Source of the DNA: Blasia pusilla
Taxonomy: Eukaryota
DNA: 64,000 nt
Direction of reading: 5' to 3'
Assembly (NCBI GenBank): GCA_050084515.1
Contig: CM114271.1
Location: 18,848,001 to 18,912,000, forward strand
Shown one piece after another: positions 22,132 through 35,420 of this stretch (positions are counted from its first letter, which is position 1; every line of letters begins with the position of its first letter). The translations under genes were made by a program, and so were the position numbers. Below the pieces are notes generated by a model. It was not told the DNA's origin. It made no database searches and saw only the letters and a list, made by a program, of their open reading frames with translations.

Positions 22132-24875
22132 GCGCTTTGATCCGCAACCGAAGAGTACCTTTCAATTTGAATTCCGTAAAACCAATTGTTTGGGCTTATG
22201 GGATAAACTTTAGAATATTGGTTGCGCAAGGGGTGTCCGAAATAAGACTTAATGTCAAACTTGCAGGGAAGGAGAGCCCAAATTTGGGTGGAATGCGCTT
22301 GATTGGGTGTAGCATTGTTGCTAGTGATACATTCTTGGTGTTGCACCTTTTAGACGTGGATAATGAAGAGAACTATCATGTGGATGTTACTCAATCCGTC
22401 GTAAACCAAGCCCAACTAAATTTGTGAGTTCAAACTCTTACCTCTGATGTCCAGGAGCTAGTGATGAGAGGTCATGTTTCATCAGACATGCAGGACGTTG
22501 GAAAATTTTTGAGAGAAGTGATTCGGGTAGCTACCAGGGTTGCTACCCCCGAGTTTGCATTACCATTGATGGTACAAGAAGAAAAAAAGGTAGTGCGCAT
22601 TGGGTTGGGGAAAGAGACGCTAAGTGCTCGTCTAGCAAAGGCTGATTGGGGAAAGAGGCAACTTCGTTTTCCTCGACTATTACAATAGACCCAACAAAAT
22701 TTCCGAGCTTGATGCAAGGGCGACATAGGAACTCGTCGAGTGTGTGAGGCCGACACAAGAGAGATTGTGGGAGCAGTTTAAGGATCTTTATATTCCGAAC
22801 TCTACTCTGAAAATCTTTCGATTAGATGTCAATGATTTCAAACTTGCTCCGCTTGACATCAAAGCGAGAGAGCTTCATCAGGAGCGAGTAAATGCCCTGA
22901 TGCATAGTCTCTTGGGGACTAGAAATGTCATGGCGAAAAATATAAATATATCTATTGTTTTTCCTTGTACATACGATATTGCAAGAGCATCTCATGAATA
23001 TCAAGGGGACCATTTACTAGTTTCCCCCTTAGAAGAGGAGAAAGTCGATGGGTACCTACATGATGGTACAAAAATCTACCGGTGGGCAATTTCTCGTCAG
23101 CATACAGCAGTAGCCTTCTCTAAACTTCATGAGGCGACCGAGGACGATTTTTTCCAAAGTCTCCCGTGTACAGTAGTTTGGGGAGAAGATTGTCCCGAAA
23201 CCGTCTTTGGTATTGCAACCTCTCCTCACTTCACAATGAAGTGGACGCATATGCCAACAAAGTGGAGACTCCAATAAGAATATAGATTGCCACTTATGGG
23301 GCCCACATGAGCAATATTGAGTTGGCAGCGATCAAGAAGACCAAGAAGAGGAAGATTGGAGAAGTGGTGGATTTCCTTGCATTCAGGATCGCTAATGCAG
23401 TACCATTCGAATCAAAATTTGAATTTTGTATTAGAACTTGAATTCTAATAGAACATTGACTACACATGCCATCTCTGTCTTTAATCAGTTTGAGGTGTTA
23501 TCATTGGTATTCTAATCAAACTTAAGTTCCATGGTTCCTAAAGACCATGACGAAGAGGCTAAACGCCCATTTTGATTCCAACCACAAGGAGATAAACACC
23601 TTCATCTACAATTGCTCTCCCGCGACATGGAATATATGGCATGTTGTCATGGTTGCCTACAAGGAAGGTAAACTCATGGCACGAGATGGTCTCGCGTACT
23701 CCAAGTACTGGCTGAGACATAAAACGAGTGTTGAGAAGAGGAGGCTCAAGAAGACCGACTTGAAACCGCTCCAAGGGCTTGACGAGGAGAATGTGATGCG
23801 AATCGCACAAGAACTCCTATAATTGAGGGTGCAATTGCGGCCAACATCTACTCGAAAAATATGAAATGAAAACTTGATGGACTTGAAATCCTATCACGAC
23901 AAATTGAAACGCGAAAAAGTGAATGCAGACTCCATCTACAAGTTCTTTTTCTCGGAGAGGGAGATCTCTGTTGGGAGAAGTTGCCGAGATTGCCATGAGA
24001 AGCTTATTTCGGATAAGGAATTCTGCGTCGATGATGCACAGATTCTCCTCGACATTCTGCTTGAGGAGAAGGTGTATTTGAAGAAGCATCTCTCCTTTGG
24101 TACGCAAGCCAAATTCGGTGTTCCTCTTGATGAATTTTGTAGAACGTTGTGAGATTTAATGCGATTGCAGAGGACCAAATGCCCAACGACTGACTTTCTT
24201 GTATCTATCCACAAGGAAGTCATTAGAAGTTTTGATACAACCTCACCCGGATTCTTTTGGAATCTTGTAAATTGGGCAGTAGAAGATGATGAGTGGGGTG
24301 TACTTTTTGACATAGTATTTATAAATATGATTAGTGCTTCAAATAATTATGAGTGGCTCAATGTGGAAGAATTCGGAGAATATTTTGACGAGGGATCTCA
24401 TCTCAATGCAAGCAAAAGATTACTGGTGTTCTTCGTTGAGATCGAAATACTCGGGAATTTTATAGTTGCATGCCAGAGAGCCTCCAATCTCTAGTTTAGA
24501 GTAATTCCTTGTACAATGAGATTTCCGATGACAGATCAAAAGAGATAGAGGATTCTGAGTGGAGGATGTCTCATGGTTGTTATAGCGGTATTTTTCAATG
24601 GTTTTGATAAGTCCAATCTAGACAAACAACTTGCCCTTGTAAACAGAGTACGTGGCGGAAAATTTCTTCCCACCTCCCTCAACAACACAAGAGATATGAT
24701 CAACGAGGAGTATAGATTCCTTCTGATTCTCGGAGAGAACGAGTTTCGAATGGGGGACTTGGTGGAGATTTTCTCTGGCTTGTCAAAGGTTGGAGCGCGG
24801 AAGAATGCCATTGTGGTAAATCTAGGTTCTTACGTACTAGCGACTCTAGTGGTGAGTTTCTCTTTTGGAACCTAA
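22132..24875 (+). pseudogene. Decayed, intron-containing gene of unknown function with a ParB/Srx-like segment and a possible methyltransferase-like segment
   Basis: Chain of plus-strand ORFs with protein-like composition separated by single stops or frameshifts and GT-AG sites; ARELHQERVNALMHSL...WAISRQHTAVA...LPCTVV; FDIVFIN...LLVFFV...NAIVVNLGS. Confidence 0.55.
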
Positions 24876-26849
24876 GTTTCGATCATGATTACATGCATTC
24901 AACGTAAGTTCTTATTGAAGACATGTACTAACTCCCGAGCTGGTATCGTTACAAGTTTTCGGCATCAATTTCCAAGAAATTTTTCCGCGAGAGGATGGGG
25001 CAACATTGTCGGACTTTTGCCTGATCAATTTGTCAAGATCGATGCAAACCATAGTCTTGTAAAGACTACTCCTGTAGTGAAGTCCAAACCAGACCGGAAG
25101 GTGGCACCTTCCGAAGGCAAAAAACAAGCGGATGCCTGGAATTGCAAAGGAGCAAAGGACACGAACATGGAAGCGGAGTCACAAGATAGTAACAAATCAG
25201 AAGTAAGCTCCCAAGATTTTGTGCCTTGAATCATGCCAAGCATTTGTTTCTCTTCGCACTGCTATTTGATTCAAGCAAGCCCATTACTGATTTTGGTTGG
25301 TTTATGGCTCAGGACGATGGAGTTGCGGAGAGGGATGAGGGTGATGGATCGGCTCCCCCAACTTTTGAAAGGGTGACATCGCTTGATATGTTGAATCCTC
25401 AAATTATAACAAGGGAGACTAGTCCTCTAGCTACTCGTGGTTTGGCAAGATATTCCGCCAGAAACTATCCCGATACTGTTGGGAGAAAATATCGTAAGTT
25501 CAATTTAAGAAGCTCGTTATGAAAAAACCTTATGCTTTTGAGTGGGACGATGACTGTTACATTTGTAATTCTAATCTAGGTATCCATTTACAAAGCAACC
25601 ATCTTCGATTGGTGGAAAATCACTTGGACTATCGACGCTCATTCCCGAGGGAGAGAAGGATGACGAAGTGCTGGAGAGCAGATCCAAGTCGACGCCATTA
25701 TCGAAAACACCAACTGCCGTGAGAAAATGAAAGGGAGGGATTGCTTCGGATGGGGAAGGAGATTCCGATGTCATTGGGCTTTCCTACTCCGCTGAGCAAC
25801 CCAATTATTTTTTCCTATTCTGATTTCAGTTTCCTAACTTCTTCTTGCACTCATGTAGAACTTAAGTTCTCATTATGTGGAGCATTTTGCCACTACACAG
25901 GGAGAAGAGGAGAGAGAGGGACTGCTTGGGATGGAAAAGCAGTCACCACCGTAATTGGAATCTCCTTTTAAGGTGAGCAATCTAATTAATATTTCATATT
26001 ATGTTTTCACTTTCCCTGCCTCTTCTTGCACTGATGTAGAAGTTAAGTTCTCATTATGTCGAACATTTTGCACTACATAGGGAGACGAGGAGAGCAAGGG
26101 AGTGGAAAAGTAGACTCCACACAAAGAAAAAGGGATTGAGGGACTTGAGGGTACGGAAAAGCTCATTTTAAGGTTATCGGCTTCTCCAAATCAGGTGAGC
26201 AACTAAAGTAGTGATTAACTCATCTAAAGTTCTCATTGCATTTAGGGTCTCCACACTTTGAATTCAAAAAAGAAGACCTCATATTTTGGTTTCATGCAAA
26301 AGTCACACGATGGAACGCATAGTAGGTCGTCGTTTAAGTGTTCAGCGGTTGGTGACTTGCAACTTAGAAAAGTAGTAAATACTATCCTCGTGAATGACTT
26401 AGCCACATCACTCAAAATATTAGATTTTGACGATTCTAGACGCAATTTAAAAATCAAATGTGTAAATTCACAAAAAAATGATACGTCTCAAGTTCCACCT
26501 TGAGCTCCAATGTCTACAAAGCCTGCGACTTCGACAAGAAGTACATCGCCGAAGAAAGCTTCTAGGCCACAATATGAAGGGAGAACGAACACTGATATAT
26601 CCGGGACATGTAGAGTCATCGCGCCAAAGGCTTCTCTGGGAAATGTGGATTGAGAAAAACACACGAAATGGATCCCACGTAGAATAGTATCAACGACAGT
26701 TGGAGACTCTAGTAGTTTGGACGCTTCTCCGGAAATTGTAGCCGTGAAACCTTCAAAGAAAAATAAACATAATAACCCATCCTCAGCACATGGAACATCT
26801 CTAGATAGTATAGGCCCGGGGACCAACATCGACTAGGGGACCTCGTCCT

Positions 26850-29800
26850 TGGTATGCCTTCAAGATTTCTCTAGCATACTTTTGCTGAGAGAGAAAAATA
26901 GAATTTGACTGTTGCCAAATCTCCAGCCCTATAAAGTACAACAAAAGACCTAAATCTAATATTTCAACACTCCCTTCATTTCCTCTATTTTCTTACTGTG
27001 GTCTCTTATGATGATCAGATCATCCACATACATGACTATCAACATATACATCCCATCTTCGCAAAACACATACAAATTTGCTTCTGACGGACTCTTGATG
27101 AAACCAATCTCTCGGAAGAATGTATCTATTCGGTGATACCATACCTTTGGGGCTTGCTTCAACCCATACAATGCTTGATGAAGTAAACACACTTTCTCTT
27201 ATGATCCTGGTGTTTCAAAACCTGGTGGTTGAGATACATACACCTCCTCCTTGAGACTCCTATTCAGAAAGGCAGACTTCACATCGTATTGGTATGCAGG
27301 CCAATGTCTTGTTCCTGCCACCGCTAGAAAAATTTGAATGGTTGTCATCCTTGCAGTAGGAGCAAAAGTCTCATAGTAGTCAAAACCTTTGATTTGTGAA
27401 CACCCTTGTGCAACCAACCTCACTTTGAATTTATCCAATGTACCGTCCGGCTTGTACTTAGTGTTTTACACCCACTTGGTGCATATTATCTTCCTGTTCT
27501 TTGGCTTCTCAACCAAAGTCCAAGTTTCATTTCTCTGAATAGCGTCCATCTCCATCTGCATGGCCTCTCTCCATTAAGGATGAGCAAGGGCCTCATCCAA
27601 GCATGATGGTTGTTCCACCTTCAAGACCTCTATCATCAAGGCCATGTTGACGAGATGTATTGAAGCTCTATTGTGCTCCTGTAGTCTCTTGGATCTCCTT
27701 GGATGTGTAACAACTTCATCAGTTGCTGAATCCTTGCCATGCAAGAGCTTCTTTATCCACTTAGGGTATGATGACCGTAGTGGAAGAGCAGGCTCCTCTT
27801 TGTAATCATCACCAAATTCTTCTTCTTGATGATCTAGTGTAAACATTGGTGGTGTGCTCTGGTGGGTTATCTCTTCGTTTAATGATAATATGGACGGACC
27901 ATTGATATTCGCCACTTGACGAGGTTGTTCTTGGAACACCACATCACGACTCACAAGCATCTTCTTTGCCTCACGACACCATAGACGATAAGCTTTAGAC
28001 TCATCACTATATCCCATAAAGATGCACTTCCTGCTCTTGGACTCTAGCTTGGTCCTGGATGCTTCAGGAATATGTACAAAGCACTCACTACCAAAAGTCT
28101 CAAAATGTTGGACTGATGGTACCTTACCTCAGTATGATTGATGAGGAGTCATGCCTTGCACTAACTTGGTAGCACTTCTATTTAGAATGTAAACGGTAGT
28201 ATTAACAGCTTCAGCCCAAAATCCTTCTATCAAACCTTTTGCTTTCATCATACATCTTGCCATCTCCACCACTAAATGGTTTCGATGCTTAACAACTCCA
28301 TTTTGTTATGGTGTATGTGCCGTGGTTAACTGTCGCTTGATTCCATGCTCCCCCAAATATTTGTTGAATTTTGTTAATAAAAATTCTCCTCCTCGATCGG
28401 TGCGAAGCTTCTATACCTTCTTTCCTATCTCATTCTCAACCAGCTTATGCCATACTTGAAATTTTCCAAGAGCACTTGCCTTATCACGAAGGAAATACAC
28501 CCACATCTTCCTACTATAATCGTCGACAACTAAAAAGAAGTACGAAGAACCACCTAATGCCACTGTTCTCATTTTACCATAGAGGTTAGCATGAATCAGC
28601 TCTAGAGGAGCCTTTGCTCTATTGCTGGACTCTTGTGGAAATGGTTGTCGGTGTTGCTTGCCCATCATACAAGCTTCACATGTATCTGACACTCCAAAAA
28701 TTGTTGTTAAATCAACAACCATGCCAGATTTATGCATATGACTTAGTAAGGGAAAGCTTAGGTGACCAAATCTTTCATGTCACAACTTATTGCTACTAAG
28801 ATCTATACCTACACTTGTCGTGAAAGCATACAACTTGTAGATATTTCCACGTCGTATATCTTCCGCCGACTACTTTTCCATTGACATCCTCAATGACTGC
28901 TCTAGTTTTCTTGAAACGAACTTCTAGGTCACGATCACATAATACTGAAATTGAAATCAAATTCCACTCTGGTACGTATAGTACATCAGTTAACTTCTTT
29001 TCATCTCCTTTTTTTGAGACTAAAGAAATTGTGCCTTTTCCTTCTATAGGGCACTTTGCATTCTTCCCAAAAATAACAATGATGGGCTCCTGTAGAGGTT
29101 GTAAGGAGCTATACCAATCCTTATGATTGGTCATATGCCTAGATGCTCCACTATCGAGCACCCATGCATCTTCACTCTTTGACTTAGTGGAATGATCTGC
29201 CTGTGTGCAAAACTCTTTGATTGCTATCCAAGCATCTACTTCATGTTCTCCTAGTTCTACAGAATTTACAGACTCCTTCTTAGATCTTAAACAACCGTTC
29301 TTCTCATCATGACTCCTCTTTCTACAATCTTTGATAAGATGACCTAGCTTACCACACTAAAAGCATTTGAAGCCTTTCCTTGGAAATTTCTTCATGACAT
29401 TTGAATTTTAATCCTGATTTCTACCTCTCTGTATGCTGGCAATAAATGCTACATCACTTCCCTCTCTTACTTTGAAGCGCATTTCCTCTTCTACCAACAT
29501 TGCACTAAATTGCTCAAAAGTAAGCAGCGTGGGTCTTACTTGAGTATTCAATGCAGTGACCAAACTGTCATACCTTGGAGGAAAAATCCTTATGCACCGA
29601 TGTGCCAAATCTTTGCTAGAGTTTGAAATTCCTACAGACACCATCTGATCTTGAAGATTCTTGATCCTTGTCAAAAATTGCTCCGCCCTTTCTCCTTCTG
29701 AAAATTTCTCGGACTTAAGTAGATTCTCCAGTCAGGGTAAAGACTCGGATTCAGAATCTCCTTAAGTCCGAGAATCTGAATCCGAGTCTCATTCCTCGTT

Positions 29801-30625
29801 TCAAACTCATTCTTCAAAATATTCCACGCCTCAACAGAAGTGGTCAATTGTTGAAAGAGAGTCATGACAAAATCAATTACATTTGTGACAATCGCACATA
29901 GACCATCAGCCTTTTTGCGTTTCCATGCCACCAATACAACAGGATCGATATCACCAGATGAAGATGAACATGCAGAACTCAAAGTAGCTTGTGGATTTGA
30001 ATCGACCCTTGTGGCCGTCTGCCAGATCTCAAATGATTCGAGGACACTTCTCATTTTGAACTTCTACAATATATAGTTAGACCCATCTAACTTCCCTTCA
30101 CCCAGTGGAGGAGGCGAGCTCGAACATCTCTCGAGATTTTGTGCAAACATACTAGATCGCCAAATACAAAATATTGGAACACCTACTGCTCTGATACCAT
30201 GTGAGAAAACAGAAAGTGAAAAAATCACTGAAATCTTTACAAAACTTAGAGATACAAAGTGGCCTAGTCCGTCAGTGGGCTCACAGAATAGCTTTGATGG
30301 AACCAAAACATGGAGATAACTCGACATATGAGAATACGCTACCGCTACGGCTCCCGACTATTTCACTTCTCAAAAAACTAGGATTTTTAACCTATTTTTC
30401 TTTTTTCTATCATTAGAAAAGCTATGCTAAGACCCCAAACCCCCGCGTCATCTTGGCATACCAGAGGTTGCGCCCCTGGACCCCCGCGATGTATCAGGGT
30501 GTCTTGCACCCTGATGCAATATAGGATTAGATAATCCTAGTAACGCCACCCCAGAAACCACCTATGTTATATTACTATGACTCTTTCGACGTCTAAGTCG
30601 GAACCATCAATCTAGGCTTCTCTCA
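26850..30625 (-). mobile_element. Ty1/copia element, decayed; 5' LTR 30200-30625, truncated inside RT (no RNase H or 3' LTR)
   Basis: PBS TGGTATCAGAGC (30188-30199, tRNA-Met type); gag, LDSGASRHM, CEACMMGKQHR, VDDYSRK, FKVRLVAQG, MYVDDLI, DLGLLLYFIGLEI. Confidence 0.92.
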
Positions 30626-31688
30626 TACAAGGGGGCCGATCATATTAATGGTGCTCAGAGAAGTGGATGTTGAGAATCCAACATGCAATAGTTAATGTAA
30701 TGTTACCAGTCCAAGAGTTGAGGACTTCTATTTTCATGTTGTGTTTCATTTTATCCAAAACCTTGCATCGCCTTTGTATTTCTGTATGATTCTTTGGATT
30801 TTGATGAAAGAAATGTCTAATGTAGACTCGTCCCAGATGTGGTAAAATCATGCTACTTTTTTAACCACATGAGGTCCTGCTTTTCTGCCTTGCTTATCGA
30901 AACTGTGGAAACTTGAAAAGTATTAGCATCAAACCAAGATATGGAAATTTTCTACACAACCAGTGATTACTTTGCTTTGAGCTTATGGACATGTAAGAAT
31001 GAAGATAGTTTGGCCAGAATGGAGGCTATAATTTTGGATCACTTACAAGAGAGGAATCTTCCCCCGATTGGGTTCACTTTGGTTTGTGCAAATGACAGTT
31101 CGCGTGGAGGTTAAGCGGCTCCATTCAAACTACTAAACTATTTTGACGAGGCAACAAGACGTTGGCTGGATTTGGACAGCCAGCAACAGATTTTGTCTTT
31201 TGACGTGGTCGGAAAGGAGAACCACCAAGATAGTATACAACATTTTTTTAAAGAGCCAAAATGGAAGGCATCATCGTCAAAAGATAGTTTTCTCATGACA
31301 GCGTTGACACGTTATGTCAAACTCTTGCGGCTCAGCATATCCAATGGCCACTTCTAGACTCCGTGGGAGTTCATCCGACAATGCAATTTGCCATCTTATT
31401 TTAGGAAGGTAATATGAATTTCTACCCATTGTGAACCAGTCTTAACCAATCTTACACTTGTAAATTTGGGATTGTTCATAATATTGAAGTGTTTCCCGCA
31501 GCCTGGTGATTACCGACACTACTATGAACCAAAGGAGCGTGCTACGAGTCAAATGTTGGACATCGACCTTCAAGCAGAAAGGTAAGCACTAGCACTGAGA
31601 TAGTTCAGAGAATGAATATTGCCTGATGGAACTATAGTTCTAATTCCCTCTTTGAGAGGCTAATATCTTGCATTGGTTGGTGGATAGG

Positions 31689-32246
31689 TGAAATCCCTTA
31701 GGCCTCTTCTTATCCTCAAAATCGACGGAATTATTTTCCGAATTGTGGACAGGGTTAGCAAACCGTATCCCCTTGGTCTTAGGGGAAAAAATGCCTTCAA
31801 GTTGGGAAGATGGACGGGTTATATTTTTCCTCCCCTACGTCAGAATACTAACTGACATGATAGAGAGAGAATATGATTATGGGTTTTGGACCACGATGAA
31901 TAAGGAAGATGCACTTGAAATGCTTGAGAGGCTAGCAGATTCATGCTATTTGTCTAAATCTTTCGTCAAGAAGGCCAATTTTTTTTGGTCTGTGCGGGAC
32001 TGCTATGTTCGAAAGGGGACAAAGGGTCTCTTGAAGTATGTGAAAGATCTACGGTTATTTTACGTTGTTAGAGAGTTTAGAAACTTGTCCTGCCTAAAGA
32101 ATACATTCTTGGTGGACATTGGGATTAATTCCCTCCTTTTGAATGATCCAAAGAGTGTTACAGCCCTTCCAAAATTTAATATACTTCTAGGACCCCAAGA
32201 CAAAAAAAACATTGCAAGGCCGGTACTATTCTCTCTTACCTTTTGA
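31689..32246 (+). pseudogene. FCP1/NIF (HAD-fold) phosphatase-like domain with degenerate catalytic motif
   Basis: After a TAG acceptor: RPLLILKIDGIIF (DxD position), frameshift, then FFLPYV, YDYGFWTT, FFWSVRDC, VKDLR, NTFLVD, NDP...LPKF. Confidence 0.65.
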
Positions 32247-32398
32247 TAATGAAAGAGAGTTTCCTAGATGGAATGAGTATTAGTCATTTTATTAATACTA
32301 GGCGGATTGGTTTTCCAAAGCCACATTCTACTGGCGGTAATGGTAAATGTCTTCTCCATGCAATCCAGGAAAAGATAAAGGCCTTGGTATTATTCTAG

Positions 32399-33454
32399 AA
32401 TATACCTGGACAGCTGATTTGCATAGTATGCAAGGAATGTCCAAGACTGGAGATCACCGCGGATGTCGTCTTCGGTGGCGTGGATCAGAATTCAGTGGAA
32501 GCTGCGAGGCCACTATACAATATCAATGCCTTGCTTACTTCCAAGTGGTGTTTGGAGTCTCCGATAGAGAAATACCTCCTAGCTAGAGTTCTCGACGGCA
32601 TCGTGAAGTTGGGGGCTCGCTTATACGTGAAGTGGGAGAATCAGTCTGGTTTTAAGGACGTCATTGATAAAAGCGGCTTCTTAGACCTGGAGTCCGTAGC
32701 AAGGTGGAGTCAGAAGGGTGGACCGTCATTCGGTGTCTATATTGATACCAACATGAGCTTTGTGGGTTATGTCTCCCTCCCTTATATTTATGACGTTTTC
32801 CCTTATAGTGTCATGCCAAATGAGAGCATGAACACTGTGTAGAATGAAGTGGTGCAGTACGAGGGAACGGAGAAGGTGTTTATCGTCACTCTACATGGCC
32901 ATCACTTTGTGCTAAGGGTTGCAGCCAAGTCGATCATCATTGTAGATATTCTAGGTTCTTGCCTGGACCGGGAATGTAGGAAGGCAAACCAAATCTTCTT
33001 TGACTCCAAGGTGTCTACTGTGGTGGATAACGTATTCGACTATTCCATCGAAGGGAATGATCCCCAACAACCACCGGAACTGTGCTTGTTGGTGAGCGGG
33101 CAAGAAGTTGCCCATTTTTTCCTTGACGAGTATGGCCTACACAAAATGAAGCATCGTCTTTTCGGCTACATCATTGCAAAGGCTAAGGACTAGGATGTGG
33201 ACCTACGTAGTTTGGACGAGGAGTATCATAAGAAGAATTATGATAAGTTCCAAGCTATCTACCAGACCTTGAAGGAAGATCTCCAAATTGATTTCACGAG
33301 GATTTTTGTGACTCCGAGGGAGGGAAGGTTTTGTTGGAGTAACTTTGCCGATGGACTCAAACAGTATATCTGTGAGGTTCAAGAGGAGATTACCGACCTT
33401 GCCACAGATGAGACACTCTTGCGATTGAGGAGGAATAGACCTCACCAAGGGTAA
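32399..33454 (+). pseudogene. Domain resembling the C-terminal (predicted papain-like) region of plant NT-C2 domain proteins
   Basis: One frame with stops at 32840 and 33191: VVFGGVDQNSVEAA, LDGIVKLGA, FLDLESV, SFVGYV, FIVTLHGHHFVLRV, IIVDILGSCLDRECRKANQIFFD. These parallel the recalled family motifs VFFASIDQRSERAA, HFDLETV, YIVSWNDHFFVLKV and IIDTLGERL. Confidence 0.6.
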
Positions 33455-33939
33455 TAGGTAGCTGAAATGATACTCTATTTTGATGCCATTGGGTACGTTT
33501 GTGATTAGAATGTGAAATGTAGCATATTGAAGCGGATAGATTAAGGAAGTATGTTGCCCAGGTTTGAGCGCGTCGATGTCACAGATATAGCAACGGATGA
33601 GAATCTCCTCCAATTGGAAATGTATTGTCATCAGTTGTAAATTCTCTGGTACTAGATATTTGTAGTCATGTGCAATAGGAATTATAACCTATTGTAAAGA
33701 ATGGAAGCTAAGATTGCAAGAACTGTAACATATTGCAGAAAGTGGAAGCTAAAGATTGTGAAGCCATGTGATTGTCGAGCATATTTTTTAATCAACCCGA
33801 ATTGGAACTTGAGTTCCAAATCTTATATATTCAATGATTATATTTACTGTCAGCTAATGATCATGCGATGGCCTTGTTAAGTGATATGTGTGTCAAGTTT
33901 CTTATTGTAGAGCTTGTATCCTCAACGTTGCCATCCTTT

Positions 33940-35420
33940 GGATCAATTGGAACTGTAGTTCCAATAAGCTTGCTCCTGAGATCCCTTCATCAGGAACAAT
34001 TGTAGAATCAAACCTTTGATCCTGATTGTGTCCCAAAATTCCGTGCCCGCTGAAAGTCATTTGGAGCCAAACTTGGACTCAGTCCAATTGGATCCTAAGA
34101 TCCAATTTTGGCCGCAAAAGGCGCGTGTTAAAGGGGAATCCCCATCCTTGATTGGAATTGTAGTTCCAAATGGCTTGCTCCTTGCATCCTAATAGGTTGG
34201 CAACAAGTGTAGAATCAGTACCTTAGTTCTGATTGTATCCAAGATTGCCGCGCCTCTTGAAGGTCATTTGGAGCCAAACTTAGTCGAAGTCCAATTGGAT
34301 CTTAAGATCCAATTTCGGCCACTGAAGGCATCCGGTAAAAGAAGATCCCCATCCTCTATTGGAACTGTAGTTCCCAATGGTCTGCTCCTTGCATCCCAAT
34401 AGTTCAGCAATAAGTGGGGAATCACAACCTTAATTCTGATTGTGTCCTACACTATCGCGCCTGTTGAAGGTCATTTGGAGCCAAACTTAGTCGGAGTCCA
34501 ATTGGATCCTAAGATCCAATTTCGGCCGCTAAAGGCGTCCGGTAAAAGAAAAATCCCCATCCTCTATTTGAACTGTAGTTTTGAATGGCTTGCTCCTTAC
34601 CTCCCAATAGGTAGGCGGATATTAGAGAATCGGAACCTTAGTTTTGATTGTGTCCCAGACTGCCGCGCCCGTTGAAGGTCATTTAGAGCGAAACTTAGTT
34701 GGAGTCCAATTGGATCCTAAGATCCCATTTCGGCTGTTGAAGGCGTCCGGTAAAAGAAAATCCCCATCCTTGATTGGAACTGAGTTCCGAATGGCTTGCT
34801 CCTTACCTCCCAATAGGTAGGCAAACATTGGAGAATTGGAACCTTAGTTCTGATTGTGTCCCAAATTGTCGCGCCCGCTGAAGGTCATTTGGAGCCAAAC
34901 TTAGTCGGAGTCCAAATTGGATCTTAAGATCCAATTCCGGGTGCACAAGGCGTCCGATAAAGAAAAATCCCAATCCTCGATTGGAAGTGTAGTTCCGAAT
35001 TGCCTGCTCCTTGCATCCCAATAGATTGGAAACAAATGTAGAAGCGGAACGTAAGTTCTGGTTGTCCAATTGGAATCGAAGATCCAATTCTTGCCCTAGA
35101 AGGCATCCGGTAATATTTAACCCCAATTTTCAATTCGAACTGTGGGTCCGAATGACCCGCTCCTTACATCCCAATAGATCGGCAACAAGTATAGAATCGG
35201 AACCATAGTTCTGATTGTGTCTTAAACTTCCGCGACCGCTGAATGTCATTTGGAGCCAAACTTAGTCTGAGTCAAATTGGATTTTAATATCCAATTCCGG
35301 CCGTAGAAGGCGTCCAATAAAGGGCAATCCCCATCCTTGGTTGGAATTGTACTTCCAGATGGCATGCTCCCAAGATCCCAATGGGTCGGCAACAAATGTA
35401 GTTCCAAGCTCATTTGGAAC
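33940..35420. repeat. Tandem array, ~7 units of ~207 bp
   Basis: CATTTGGAGCCAAACTT-like motif at ~34058, 34265, 34473, 34680, 34886 and 35247; contains GGAACTGTAGTTCC palindromes. Confidence 0.92.
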
